DNA of 63,669 nt, filler included, from Phoronis australis (GCA_002633005.1; 5 parts of 5 records of this genome joined end to end with filler, not necessarily neighbours in it), one strand, 5' to 3'. Shown: positions 23,758 to 36,713, numbered from the whole stretch's first letter. Numbers and translations: made by a program. Notes: generated from the sequence alone by a model not told the origin.

Positions 23758-26700
23758 ATATAGAGCTACACATTTCCCTCCCCCCTAATCAAGCTTCAAC
23801 AAGGGCCTTACCGAAAATTCTACAGAGTCGACGTTTGCAAAATATCAAAAGTTCACCGTTCTAGAAATTCGAACCACACCCCCGCAATGCTGGCTACGAG
23901 CGTGTCCAGGTTAGGGACTTATGTTTTAAAAAATGCCAGTATCATTTTCATTGCAAAAACGTCAAAAGAAACTCTCATTCTTATAAAAATGAGTCCGCCT
24001 AGTCGCATATTGAAGAAGTAATATATGTGTGTGATTAGGAAGACCTGATCGCCTTTAAAACGGAATTCAATAAGATGACTCTACTGGAAGTTACTACTTT
24101 AGGCACTGACTAAAAGTATAAGGCCTGAGGCTGTTGGCTGGGACAGGAACAAACAGGAATCATGTACAGTATTTCTGCTTACACACCTGTAAGACTTAAG
24201 GTTACGTGTACCCCTATTTTACAAAAATACCATAAAAACTTCGGCGCTAACTTTATGGAAATACCCGGACAGAGTTTTTGAGCATTTTTATCGAAGTTTT
24301 AATACAGAAAAATTGGTGAATGATGGTGTATGGAGTTTTTCTCTATCAATGTACCTTTCAAAAAACGTTTTTTTGCCATGCTCACGTGACAACGAGAATT
24401 GATCAGTGTAGTGAATGACATGATTAGATTTGTGTCGATTCCTAGTTTTAGAAAATATACACTTTTCTCACGTGACCTGGAATGTGTTACAACACGACTG
24501 GTTAATAACACCGAGTGCGTAATTTTTTGATATTACATGGGCGAATCACAAGGTAGTGCAAAGTATAAATCTATACACCTTACATTTTATCGTCTGCAAA
24601 ATACTAATACAAACAACAAAACGCGCCAACCAAACAATGCCGGAATTCCGTGAAGGTGACAAGGCAATGATTGACAAATTGAGTGTCGCAACTGTACATA
24701 CTCCCAGTCGGTGGGACATGCAGACAACTTCTTCAGTGACGATTTCCATATCCACGTTCATTCAAACGGAGACTAACCCCAACTCAAGAAACGCGGTAAG
24801 ACTGCCTAGCTGTGCTTTCTCAAGGTCAATTCAGTGTTCACGCTGTTATTTATAAACATTTGTTATGTTTTAATATTAAAATTACAGAGACTATTTATTA
24901 GATTATAACTTGAACATTTGTTACGAAAGATGAATGCAGTTTACAATTGTTAAGTTTAAAATAAAGCTATTAACAAAATCTATAAACCTGCTTTCCATTA
25001 CAAAACCAACTTTGGATAGTTGCAGCAAGTGAGTGTATATTCGTGAAATTTGTCTTACTTATTATAGTGGATGTTGTCATGATTTCAATTTGAAGCCTTT
25101 AAATCAGTTATAAAAAGTAACCAAAAACGAATAAATACTTAAAACGAACCAAAGGAGACGCATGCGCCTTTGTGCGAAAAGGTTGGTTAATAACTTATCA
25201 TTTCGAAAAGGCGCATCGCTCTAATTTCTTGAATACACTGTAATTGCTTCGCTGTCAAGTTTCGATCAATCTGATAACGGATAATAACGCATAACTTTGT
25301 TTTAGAAACACAAATGAGTTCTAGCAATAGGTGTTATGTTGGGACGTATGGGTTTCTAATGAAACAAATGACTAAAATAGATAAACGTTTTTTTTGACAG
25401 AAAGGATCGATTCATCTTGTTATATGTTGCTTTGATAGAACATCATAACTTACGCCAAACGACAATGAAAGTTAAGGGGTTATAATTGGCGGGTTTTGTT
25501 GCCGTAGAACTACAGAGAAAATTCTAGTAATCGAGATGTGTACTAACGATGACTTCAAAAATTAGATATTGTAGACCAAATAAATGGAGAAGTCATAATT
25601 GTTTTGATTCAGCGATCAATTTGAAAGTTCTCATGCATTGAGACATTAAACACTTTGTTGTGCTGGTAAAAACAGATTGCAAAACTCAAATATTCCTTGT
25701 AATATTGTATTCTCATGCGCAAATTGTATTTTACAATACTCATCGAAATCCCCTTGGCATCCAGACTGAGGACAAATTCTCTGATTGACCCAGTCATGCA
25801 CAATGCGAAGTAAGCACTAGCCAGAAGCTCAATATATATGTACACCTTCTCCAGTTCAGACTTAGAAGAATTTATTGCACTGTAATGGTTGTCCGTTTCA
25901 ATTAAACCACTAGACTGGAAAAACAATTCCTGGCGTACTTGCATCTCAAAACTGATTGTATTTACGCGAGGTACTTATAAATTCCCCGCTTACGAAAGGT
26001 TCACTTCATGGGCTGGAATGTGGCAGAGGAGTATGTTTTTTTCAATGAACACCACAAAAGAGGGTCCATTTCTGCAGAAGGGCTTCATAGTTTATTTAGG
26101 TTTCTGTTCTGTATTGAAAAGGCTACTGTTCAAAGTGTTAATCTTTCAACTTGAAATAATTCAATGGAAAAACACTTCGTTGAGTTTAAAGATTTTCTCG
26201 AACGGATTTTGGTAGTGGATGTATTCAGATAGCCCTGGTAATGGTGATGGCAAAAACACGAGTCAGTAACATACTCAAACGCAGTAGTCTTTTCGGAACA
26301 CATTACGCCACTATGAGAAAACAAATAATGTAAGTACGAAGTAATTTTGTACACTCTACTAGTAGAAGTATGTATCTGAGCTACCACGGGTACCAGCGTA
26401 TACTTATCTCAAGGGGCTATTCTAATCAAACACTTCACAATATATATCAAATTAAGTGATGTGTAACAAGCTATAACGTTTTCCTCTTTTTGTTATCAAA
26501 CTACAAGCCCTTTTGATCACAATTCTGAACCGCAGTCCAAAACAGAAAAACATCGACAATTCTCGGCTATTTCCGTGACCTGAGTTCCCTGTTCTTCAGT
26601 TCTGGAACGCTTCCAGAATGAATTGCCGGGATGCCCTCTTGTAAACGTAACGATACTACATTAGCGTAAAACCGTTGTTTTTACTTGGCGAAATAAAAAT

Positions 26701-27604
26701 TTTCCAAGTATGTTGCTCTGACACTGATTTCTTTTGTTTGTTCGCACGATATACAGGTCGCAATTTTCGTCCGATCCGCACGAAATTTACGCACAACTTG
26801 TAGTTAAAGAAGAGTTAGAAGGCTATTCGTTTTCGTCATTTTCGGATCCAAGATGGCGACGTAGCGGCCATTTCGTTTGTGATTTCCGATTCAAATGCAC
26901 ATAGGGGCCATAATTTTTGACGTGCACGATTGAAAAACAGTATGGTTGTTCTACCAGACGTGTTCTATGTCTGAACTGAAAGAGATAACATGTGGCGTCC
27001 CCCAGGGTTCTATTCTGGGCCCCTTGTTCCTTCTCTTGTATGTCAATGACATGGAATCTGCAGGCAATTGTAATCTTCTTCTGTACGCAGATGATTCTGC
27101 CTTATTTTTTCACATACGAACGTCTCGGATATTGAGCTCAATAACCCATGTAATTGGTTTATTGACAACAAACTATCCCTTTATGTTGGTAAAACTCAAT
27201 CGTTAATTTTTAGTAAATCAAACTATATTGATTTTAAGGTAACTTGTAAGCATAGTGTTATCACTTCATGCTCATCTTAAAGTTATCTTGGTCTCCAAAT
27301 GGATAAAAAGTTCTGTTATGAGGAATCAGTCAAGTCTATTATTAAAAATGCAATTGCAGACTAAAATTTATGTACCAGCATAGAGATTGCTTTGACCATA
27401 AGTCACGTAAAACCCTGTGCAATTCACTAATAATTCCTTTGTTTGGTTATGCCTGTTTAAGCTGGTTTTCCAGTTTAAATAGTTGTCTTCGCAAAAGGGT
27501 GCAGGTGTTTCAAAATATATTAATTAGATATTTACTCAGTTTACACCCTCGTATTCACATTATATCTCCATATATTAAAGAAAACAAAAATGGTTTTAAG
27601 TCGA

Positions 27605-27649
27605 CTTGACATGTTTCGGTGTCATTTATTCAAACACCATCATCAGAAG
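27605..27649 (-). ncRNA. Minimal type I hammerhead ribozyme (PLE-associated)
   Basis: Reverse complement reads cuu-CUGAUGA-u-ggugu(loop)acacc-GAAAC-AU-GUC^aag, with intact core, stem II and palindromic helix III. Confidence 0.85.
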
Positions 27650-29989
27650 AGAGAATTTAGTGGCCACCTAGCTAGGCCCAGCAACAAGTAATGAAGAACA
27701 GATACAGTCAGTTACAGGGAGTGACAATGAACTAGACCAACAATGACAACCTGTGGTGTGTCAGTTGCCTATTGAGATTGGGCTTGCACCAACTGATGTG
27801 CAGAGCCTCACGAATTTTAAGCTCCTTTGTTGTTACTGCAAAGCCATTGAAAGAGCACTGCTGATAACAATGATTGGAGCTCTGTAGGTGAATATTTACA
27901 TGTGAACCTCTGTCAGAATTTAGATGTTCCCTGGTCCTGGTTTTCAAATGGCAAACAGTTTCGCCTATATAACTGGAGCCACATCTAGCACAGATAAATT
28001 TGTACACTACCCTGGACCGTAGACCCATAGGAATTTTGTTCTTAGGGTTAAATAAATTCGACAGTTTCAGAGACTTGAATGTTAATACAACACTTAAGTT
28101 TACACAGTAATCATTCACCAATTTGTTGAGTTTTCGTTGAGCAATCTTGGCGTAAAACCCAACATACGGTACTTTAAAGAACTTGTAGTTAGTTTTGTCT
28201 ACAGGATGAATATCATCAGGGTTACGTTGGAGTCTTGCTTTCAGTACCCTATTGACTAATGCTAGGGGGTAGCCATTCTTTTGCAAATTCGTTGTGAGTT
28301 CTTTAATATTAGAATCAAATCTAGCCCAAGTGTTGTTAATGCGATACACCCTGTCCATTAGAGTTTTAATGAGACCTACTTTATAAACAAAGGATGTGAA
28401 GCTATGAAAACAAGTGTACAAAACACATCATCTACATATCGTCGGTAGAAATAGACATGAGGACCAGTGTACGTCTCAATCCATGTTTTCTCATGGTGAC
28501 CTAAAAACATGCCGTATAATATGGAGCTAAAGGTGAGTATTGCTATACCATCAATTTGGTTTGAAAACCTCCCTATTAAATACAAAATGGGTTTTGCTGG
28601 TATCAAATTTGAATAGCTCCATGAGTTCAGCTCTAGTAATCTTTACACTGGGATCGTTTTTCATTATACAGTCAGTAGCCAAAGATATACATTCATCCAC
28701 AGGTAGGTTAGTAAACAAACTCGCAATATCAAAAGAAGCCATGAACCGATTCCTGAGAACTTGTCCCCTAACCTCAGAAACAAAGGGGAATGTATCACCT
28801 GCTATGTAGTCCTCATTTATATGTGGTTTGAATAGCTTACATAGGTACTTGGCAAGATTATAATTGAAAGTATTCACAGATGACAATAGGTCTAAATGGA
28901 GGGATGGAATCCTCTGTCTGTTTGTGTATTTTTGGTAGGCCATATAGTCTACCTGGCTGTGAACCTTGTGGATACAAATAGCTGTACGTTTCAGTATCTA
29001 AACGACCATCATTCTTAATTTTGCGTAAAAACCTCTGCAGCTGTCCTCTTCTAGTTAATGTAGGATCTGCTTTGACACGTCTAAACTTCGATACATCACT
29101 CAGAATTTCATTCAAAGAATTGACATAATCATTACTATCTAAAATTACTACACCATTTCCCTTATCGGGTCTAATTATCACTAGGTTTTTGTTTTGTCGC
29201 AGTTCCTTGATCACCTTAAACTTTCTCAAATCACTCCAAGATGGCCCGTGGGACGACACATATGTTGACGCTAATCTTGTTAAATCAGCCTTCAGTTCAG
29301 TCCCTGCTAATATTAAAGAACTCACAACGAATTTGCAAAAGAATGGTCCATCCCCTAGAATTAGTCAATAGGGCACTGAAAGCAAGACTCCAACGTAACC
29401 CTGATGATATACATCCTGTAGACAAAACTAACTACAAGTACTTTAAAGTACCGTATGTTGGGTTTTACGCCAAGATTGCTCAATGAAAACTCAACAAATT
29501 GGTAAATGATTACTGTGTAAACTTAAGAGTTGTACTAAGATTCAAGTCTCTGAAACTGTCGAATTTATTTAACCCTAAGGACAAAATTCCTCTGGGTCTA
29601 CGGTCCAGGGTAGTGTACACGGTCCAGGGTAGTGTACACATTTATCTGTGTTGGATGTGGCTGCAGTTATTTCGGCGAAACTGTTCGCCATTTGAAAACC
29701 AGGACCAGGGAACATCTAAATTCTGACAGAGGTTCACATGTAAATATTCACCTACAGAGCTCCAATCATTGTTATCAGCAGTGCTCTTTCAATGACTTTG
29801 CAGTAACAACAAAGGAGCTTAAAATTCGTGAGGCTCTACACATCAGTTGGTGCAAGCCCAATCTCAATAGGCAACTGGCACACCACAGGTTGTCATTGTT
29901 GGTCTAGTTCATTGTCACTCCTTGTAACTGACTGTGTCTGTGCTTCATTACTTGTTGCTGGGCCTAGCTAGGTGGCCACCGCATTCTCT

Positions 29990-30034
29990 CTTCTGATGAT
30001 GGTGTTTGAATAAATGACACCGAAACATGTCAAG
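29990..30034 (+). ncRNA. Minimal type I hammerhead ribozyme (PLE-associated)
   Basis: ctt CTGATGA t ggtgt ttgaataaatg acacc GAAAC AT GTC aag; identical to the 27605-27649 copy. Confidence 0.85.
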
Positions 30035-31212
30035 TCGGCTTAAAACCATTGTTGTTTTCTTCAAAATATGTACTCACATTAGTTTTTATCGCTTTCATAC
30101 TCTTGGGTGGCTAAGTATTAAAAAACTTGAGTTAACCAGCTCAAGCGCTACCTTATTCATAAAATTGTTCATGGCAACGCCCCAAATTATCTCCTTGATC
30201 ACTTTTCAGCATTTAAACCACGCCATTCTCACAACACTAGGAGCAATAATGGTTTTATTCAGCCAAGAGTCAAAACACACGGATCTAAAATTTTATTAAA
30301 TGCAACCATAGTTATTTGGAATTCACTTGGTGGCCACTTGAGAGATATTACAGATACAAATAGTTTCAAACGACAAATCAAACAATACCTATTTAGCCTT
30401 ATTGAGACAAGTGATAACTCCGCTTTTATTTATTACTTTTATTTATTTATTTGTCATCTATCATGTCACTTCATTTTTCAATCTTTCTCAGCTCCTTTCA
30501 CCTATACCTAGCTTCTCTGTCATGTTTCATTCCTCCTGTGTAATTATTCATAATTACTTATTTATTCCTAATATTTATTTTCTTTAATTTTTCACTTTGT
30601 GTATGGACCACCACGGAAATAAGTTTTTAACTTTTGATGTTATACAGATAGTGTACATAATTATTTTTTATATCTTGTACCCATCACTGTATTTATTATT
30701 GTAATCTATGTATATTGTGGAATAAATTTATTATAATAATAATAATAAAGTTTTACAAATGTGCCGCAAATCATTAACTTCCGGTTAACGATGGCGGAAA
30801 TATTGGCTGTTGCGCATGCACACCTCGATTTCGAGACGAAAACGTTTTGTCCTTCAGAAGGCGCATTGTAAGATCAATTGCGTTGAAACTTTTCAGGTGT
30901 TAGTTTCTTGTAACTAGCTATTATGAAGTGCTGCGTAACCGGAAGTTGCTTTCTAGAGGGCGGATCTGGGGCATTTTCAACCATTTTCAATCGTGCTGGG
31001 GTGTCATTTTGAACGGGAAGAGATAATGACGTGAATTTTTGTGTGTTGATTGTAACATTTTTTCTCGGACTTACCGTTTTTTGAGTTATTTGCCTTTGAA
31101 TTTCAAAAAATGCAAATTTTGAAATTTTTCGAAAATTTTACGGAATTTTGTAAATCTACATAGTTAGATAGAGTTAATTAAATCGCCGCCTAAATAAAAA
31201 CGTTTATGTTCA

Positions 31213-31250
31213 AACAACGTTTCGTATATTCATTAGGCATCATCAGGATC
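31213..31250 (-). ncRNA. Degenerate hammerhead ribozyme motif
   Basis: gatc-CTGATGA-tgcctaatgaatatac-GAAAC-GTT on the minus strand; core intact, stem II eroded. Confidence 0.5.
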
Positions 31251-32393
31251 ATATTTACAACAATTTAGGACAGCAAGTGCCAACATACAGCTCAGGTAAA
31301 ATTCATTAAGTAAAGTGAGAGATACAGGGAATAAAGTCACATAGCTGGTCATCACCATAGTTGCAGGGTCACTGAGCTCTGCATGTTATTCAGAGAATCA
31401 GTGGCATGCTGGTTCTGAATGGCCAATGACTCTTTTATGTACGGTAAATCCTTATTAGGTTTTCTGCAGATAATACTAACTGAATTGGCTTGGTGATTGT
31501 TGCTAACACAATGCCTATATATGCTGATTTTCTCTGAGGTGTGATGTTCTTTCAGCCTGTCACAGAGGCGTTTCTGTGGATTCCGATATAGAATTTCTTG
31601 CAGTTGTCACATTCAACCTCATAAACAACATTGCTCTTGTTTAATATAGGGATGGGTGACTTCAGTTTACACAGCATATTGGAAAGTTTCCGAATAGGTT
31701 TGAAAACCACTATCAGTTCAACGACTGGGTTTATGCAACGAATAAGGCGAGATAATTGACGTTTTAATTTTATACTACTTGGCCCGGTGTAAGCAAGAGA
31801 AAAGAAAGCTTTCTTTTTCTCGGGTCCAATAACAGCTACTTTATCTGCCTCATTCATTTTTGAAAGAAAGTGTCTTTTACAGCTATTCAAAAAATTCAGA
31901 GGGTAACCATTGGCACGCAATAACTGGAAAACCCTTGATACGTCACTATCAAAATTTAAATTGGTGGAACAAATTCTCCAGGTACGGTGTAACAACCATT
32001 TGACTAGACCTCTCTTGTACTGGATCGGCACAAAACTATCAAATTTAAGATAAAGCCCAGAAAAATTGGGCTTACGATACACAGATGTAACAATGTTGCT
32101 GTTTAACCAAAACATCTAGAAAAAGTAAAAACGACTCGCGCTCAGATTCACTGGTGAAGTTGATGGATGGATGCATATTGTTCATTTGATTAAAAAAGGT
32201 GTTGACTGAGTTCTTGGATGAAAACACAACAAACGTATCGTCCACATACCTACGATAAAATTGTGGTTTACAATCTGGTGGACAACTAGGCAGAGCCTCA
32301 GTCTCAAGATTGCAACTGAAAATATTAGCTAACACTGGTCCCAGTTCAGATTGACGGAGTGGCCATGGATTCACCCTAAATTGTTGTAAATAT

Positions 32394-32431
32394 GATCCTG
32401 ATGACGTCTAATACATAGACAAAACATTGAT
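32394..32431 (+). ncRNA. Degenerate hammerhead ribozyme motif
   Basis: gatc-CTGATGA-c-gtcta(ataca)tagac-aAAAC-aTT-gat; stem II intact, GAAA mutated to AAAA. Confidence 0.5.
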
Positions 32432-32545
32432 TGAACATGAACTTTTTTATTTGTGCGGCGATCGTCCGGTTTTTAGGTAGAGTTGTGAACGGGCTTTCAG
32501 AAGATATTTTTAATTTTTTGCTTGGACTCTACTTGTGCTAAATGC

Positions 32546-33075
32546 TTATAGAGGCCGTAATTTTTTACGAACACGGCTGAAAATGGGTACGATTATTGTG
32601 ACAGACGTGTGCTACAGATATGCCGGAAATTATTTAGGCCTTCGGCCGGTAAAAGATGACGGAAATATCGGCAATTGTGCATGTGCAACTCGATTTCGGG
32701 ATGAAAACGTTTTGTCCTGTAGCTTCGAAAATTTTCATGTTCTAGTTTCCTGTGACTAGCTATTATCAAGTGCTGCTTAACCGGAAGTTGCGTTCCACGT
32801 GGCGGATCTGGCGCATTTTCACCCATTTTCAATTGTGTTGGAGTGCCATTTTGAACGGGAAGAGCAAACGACGTGAATTTTTGCATGTGTATTCTTTAAT
32901 TTATACTCTTTCAAATGATCTTCACCATTTTTTCTCAGACTTACCCTTTTTGAGTTATTTGACTTTGAATTTCAAAAAATGCAAAATTTTTCGAAAATTT
33001 CGTCAACTTTTTTGAAATTATACCGCTTGGTAGTGTTTTTAACGGGCTTTCAGAAGACGTTCACCATTTTTTGCT
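32546..33075 (+). repeat. Uninterrupted copy of the host repeat unit into which the LINE and PLE2 inserted
   Basis: Collinear with 26900-26967 + 30750-31175 + 32485-32520 (e.g. ctcgatttcg...gaaaacgttttgtcc, aaccggaagttgc, ttttgaacgggaagag). Confidence 0.8.
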
Positions 33076-35541
33076 ACAACATATACTTTTTGAATTATTC
33101 GAGATTTCCTGATAAAGCAGTTCCTTTTTTGACTGGTTTTGCTGAATTTTTGTTGGTTTACCGTCTATTGAACAAGACTTTAGCTTATTTCTTACTAATT
33201 TCTGACATCTTCATTCGTCATATGATTGCTATTATCATGTTCATCATTGCCACTTTCATCGTCATCATCATTGTCATCATCATCTCCATTGTCGTATGTT
33301 CAGTCAATTTCGCCAAGTGTCGCTCCTCCGAGCACTTTAATTTTGTTTTGTTGTTTTTGTTTTGCATTGTGGTTCTTGTAATACAATTTGGTTGTCTGTT
33401 GTTAATATTTAGCCATTTATTTGCACATGAAGCTTAGTGTCTAATTTTAACTAAGGTACGGCAAATTTCAGCTAAAGGACCCACTGTACTCTGGAATTTA
33501 CTGACAGGAAAAATCTTTCGCGATCTATAAGTGCTTTTCTTCATCGCCCTAGCGTGAAACTGGGAACAAGCTACAGAGGCCGTTGTCCGACAATTGCCGA
33601 GGCTACTGGCAACTGCCTTTCCACTTGGCAGCAAACCAACCGTCCTTGCTGGCCGTCAAACTGTAATGTAATAAAAAAAACAACTACGCAAGTTGATTTT
33701 TTAACAAGTAGTAACGCGCACCTTTGTTCCGGTGTTTTTTACTGCCCGGCTCCCAAGAGACAAATCCTATTGTCGTGAAAAGGTTTGCAATCGATATCCC
33801 CGTTGTCTAAGAATAAAATCCCTCGATTAGTTAACCAAAACACAAAGTAATTGACCAAAAGGCGGTGCGTGACGGGGAGGAGTGTAATAAACCGTAGTTT
33901 ATTAGTTGAATGTTTGCGATGGGAAAGTTGTGGACGCAGCATTTTTTCATGTATTCAAGGCCTGCGTGCAACAAGTGCCCTTCCCGCGCGGTGCCTTGTT
34001 CCCGTCGGTGTTCCAGTAGGCCTAGTAGTTTATATATAGGAACCTATCTGAAGTAACGAAAATTCTTCCTTATACGTTTAATCTCATTGATAATTAAACT
34101 ATACCACTTGCCCATGTATCAAGTATTCTTTCTGAAGTTGTTCACCGGCAGTTGTATTCTGAGAAGTAGGCTGTCGCTCACTGTTCATGCAAGGTAACCG
34201 AAGTGGGTCAAAGTCGTCGGTGACTCCGGTGGAAATTTAGTTACTTAATTCCATAGAGTTGCCAATCTAATCTTTAGCTTTCTTATCGTATGTTTTATTG
34301 TTGCGCTGCCAACGACCGTCGAAGATTCAGAGAACTAGCGCGAATATCGTCGAAAACTATCAATCGTGAACATTGCTCTGTTTTCAACAAATATTGTCTA
34401 CAGGACGGCTACAGTTAAACTAATCTAAATTCCAATTGTGTACAAATTTCGAGACTTTATGTCTCCACTTGATAAAATTTCGCTCTTCACTACCACCGGG
34501 CAATGGGTGATTTTTCCTGCTAAAACAGACGCTGGTTTTCGCCCGGAGTCTTTACTTTCGTCGAAGACTGAGGCGTACTTAGTTTTCCCCAGGCCAAATA
34601 TTACTTTTCGGTGTTATCGATGAATATCCTTAATGGAATTTTGTTCTGATATTACATTTGGTTGCTCTGCACATGATTACACAAGTGTTACTTGATGCAT
34701 AACACACTCAGCGTGGTCGAATCTCACTTCCGACTTGCGTAAATCTAAAATGGCAGAGTGTCACTGGGCTCCAAATCGTGGTAAGTGCGGACTTTTATGA
34801 ATTTTCGCCCACGTACTTCGTTATGATCACCGCGTAGTTACTGATTTCTTCTTCATAAGATGTTTTAACATCCTAATAATTGTGGCAGTCACGTGCAACT
34901 AGGTCTTTCGTAATTGTTTGAATTAACCGAAGGATTCTTGCGATGACGTAGCTAGAGGAAAGTCCGTTCGTTAACATACATCTGGCAATTTATGAGTTCA
35001 CATGTGGTCAGACTGATGCTTTTACCATATTATAGGAACATTTTCACATGTGCTCGGTTACCGTTCCATGTAGGCTTTAAATTCTCGGCATAAGGATTGT
35101 GTTAACATTATGGAAAACTACGAAACTGACTTTACACCAAAGTTCCCAAAAAGGGTCGCGGTGCAGGCTATCTAAAAGGGTGGTCGTATTCTGTTTTTTT
35201 GCCGATTCATTGAAATCACGAAAAGTATCTGTATTCTAATTTGCAATTGACGCACGTCGACAAAATACAGTAAGTACCCGCAAAGTTCAAGTTTGGACTT
35301 GCAATTTCATTGAAATGGTCACAGTTTACGGTTCACGCGCACTTATCAACCGCGCACATTCGTTGAAGTTCTCGCTGATTTTTCACCAGTAATGTTCTTG
35401 TCACCAGTAATTTCTTCCGTTTCAACTAATTTCTTCGTTAGTCATGCCGTTTCCGGTTCCCACATTTTCATTAGTAGAGCTGTATTTTTCGATTCATATG
35501 GGACCTGATGTCGACATAGTTGTCGTCATCATCATCATCAT

Positions 35542-35641
35542 NNNNNNNNNNNNNNNNNNNNNNNNNNNNNNNNNNNNNNNNNNNNTTAATTAATTAANNN
35601 NNNNNNNNNNNNNNNNNNNNNNNNNNNNNNNNNNNNNNNNN
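35542..35641. other. Artificial contig-joining linker
   Basis: 44 N + TTAATTAATTAA + 44 N. Confidence 0.97.
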
Positions 35642-36282
35642 AACATATTCACGTGGGCCTATGTCTGCAAGTTATTGGCCCGCCGGGAGGTGGATTTATG
35701 GCAAGGCCAGTAACTTCTAAAAGTTATTGGCCTTGCCATGAATGCACTGGCCGCGAGCCAGCATGTATTTCGAATGCTGCCTGAAGACCAGACAGCATGC
35801 TTGATCAAGGGGTGTGTTGTAACACGTGACTTCAGTGTGTGACATGGAGTTGAATAAAACCTTTACAAATCACTTGCCAATGGGCAATTGCCTTGTGGCC
35901 AAATGTTTGGATGCTCAACCCTCACACTGGTGGCTTGGGTTTTATACCCATGTTCAGCATGTGGAGTTTTCAGAATAATAGTACCACAGTACTGGAGGGG
36001 TAAAATACAGTGTAAATTGTAGTCCCATATGAGAACCAGCTCCTTCACTCACCAGTGAACAGGAAACTGGTTCTCAAAATCCCAGACTGTAGCACAAGTG
36101 TACGCATGATCATCACATTTTCACCTTACTTGAACGTCCATATAAATTCTGCCGGATTGTAGCAAAAGCGTACACAATGTAGTAAAAGATGTTTTGACAG
36201 TTGGCGGATGATTTCAAATGTTGGTGGAAATTCTGTGTTTTTGTTTATTAAAGTTTGCATTTGAATATGACATACATTTTAG

Positions 36283-36459
36283 CCCTTAGGTGGAAGTGGT
36301 GTATTGTACCTGTCTTCCAAATATGGCCAGCAATACCAGTGTCAGTTTCCTAATAAGGCAGAGAAGGCGGAGCAAGAAACAAAACAAGAGCATATCGCAA
36401 AGGAGATTGGCATAGCCGAACTGCTAAAACCTATGGAGTCCGAGCCTTGCTTGATTCAG
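36283..36459 (+). CDS. OS9: OS-9 ER lectin, internal exon
   Basis: ttttag|PLGGSGVLYLSSKYGQQYQCQFP...IAELLKPMESEPCLIQ|gtatta; similar to OS9 SSKYKQRYECRLP...IPELLSPMRDAPCLLK. Confidence 0.9.
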
Positions 36460-36649
36460 GTATTAAGTTTCAGGTCTGCTTGATTCATTAATAGATTATA
36501 CCAAATAAAAACTTTCATTATATGTTGAAAAATTACTGTTTTATTTTTTTAGCTACAGCAGCATTCCGTAAGTGTATCATTGGTGTGTGGTGCATCAAAA
36601 CATTACTGAATTTGTCTCAGTTAATATTTTTCTCTTGATTTATTTGTAG

Positions 36650-36713
36650 ACAAAAGGCTGGTGGTCGTATGAGTTTTGTTTTGGTAAACACATTAGACAA
36701 TTTCACATGGAAG
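36650..36713 (+). CDS. OS9: OS-9 exon (start of MRH domain, double-Trp motif)
   Basis: ttgtag|TKGWWSYEFCFGKHIRQFHME|gtaagc. Confidence 0.95.

Larger units (their letters stand above)
27563..30069 (-). mobile_element. Penelope-like retroelement (RT + GIY-YIG), frameshifted, with inverted duplicated 3' end
   Basis: Minus-strand fragments PDKGNGVV, LYGLPKIHK, PFRPI, FDIASLFTN, YRRYVDD, VVYKFIC..CGSSYIGET, REALHI..KPNLN. 29306-30066 is an inverted copy of ~27570-28312. A 12-bp TSD gta(t/c)tcacatta lies at 27551-27562 and 30070-30081. Confidence 0.95.
26968..30749 (+). mobile_element. 5'-truncated, degenerate non-LTR retrotransposon (CR1/L2 group), split by a PLE at 27563-30069
   Basis: RT motifs CGVPQGSILGPL...YVNDM...LYADDSAL. 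The C-terminal WNSL...SFKRQIKQYL resumes after 30081. The 3' UTR has a ggaccaccacggaaataag motif, AATAAA and an (ATA)n tail ending ~30748. Confidence 0.9.
31176..32472 (-). mobile_element. Second, 5'-truncated Penelope-like element with ~90-bp inverted ends
   Basis: LGPVLANIF, YRRYVDDTF, HPSINFT, FLDV, VYRKP, NGYP and VVYEVECDNCKKFYIG (GIY-YIG). 31181-31269 is inverted at 32374-32462. A 12-bp TSD ttag(a/g)tagagtt lies at 31164-31175 and 32473-32484. Confidence 0.92.

Noticed and set aside
25609-26387. Overlapping 85-111 aa ORFs on both strands
   Set aside because: No motifs or splice support.
27563-32472. Selenocysteine-encoding (Naiad-type) PLE
   Set aside because: ORF breaks are mostly frameshifts and deletions, and I saw no SECIS-like hairpin in the 3' ends.
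32979-33437. 152-aa hydrophobic ORF
   Set aside because: Produced by T-rich repeat sequence and (CAT)n-like low complexity.
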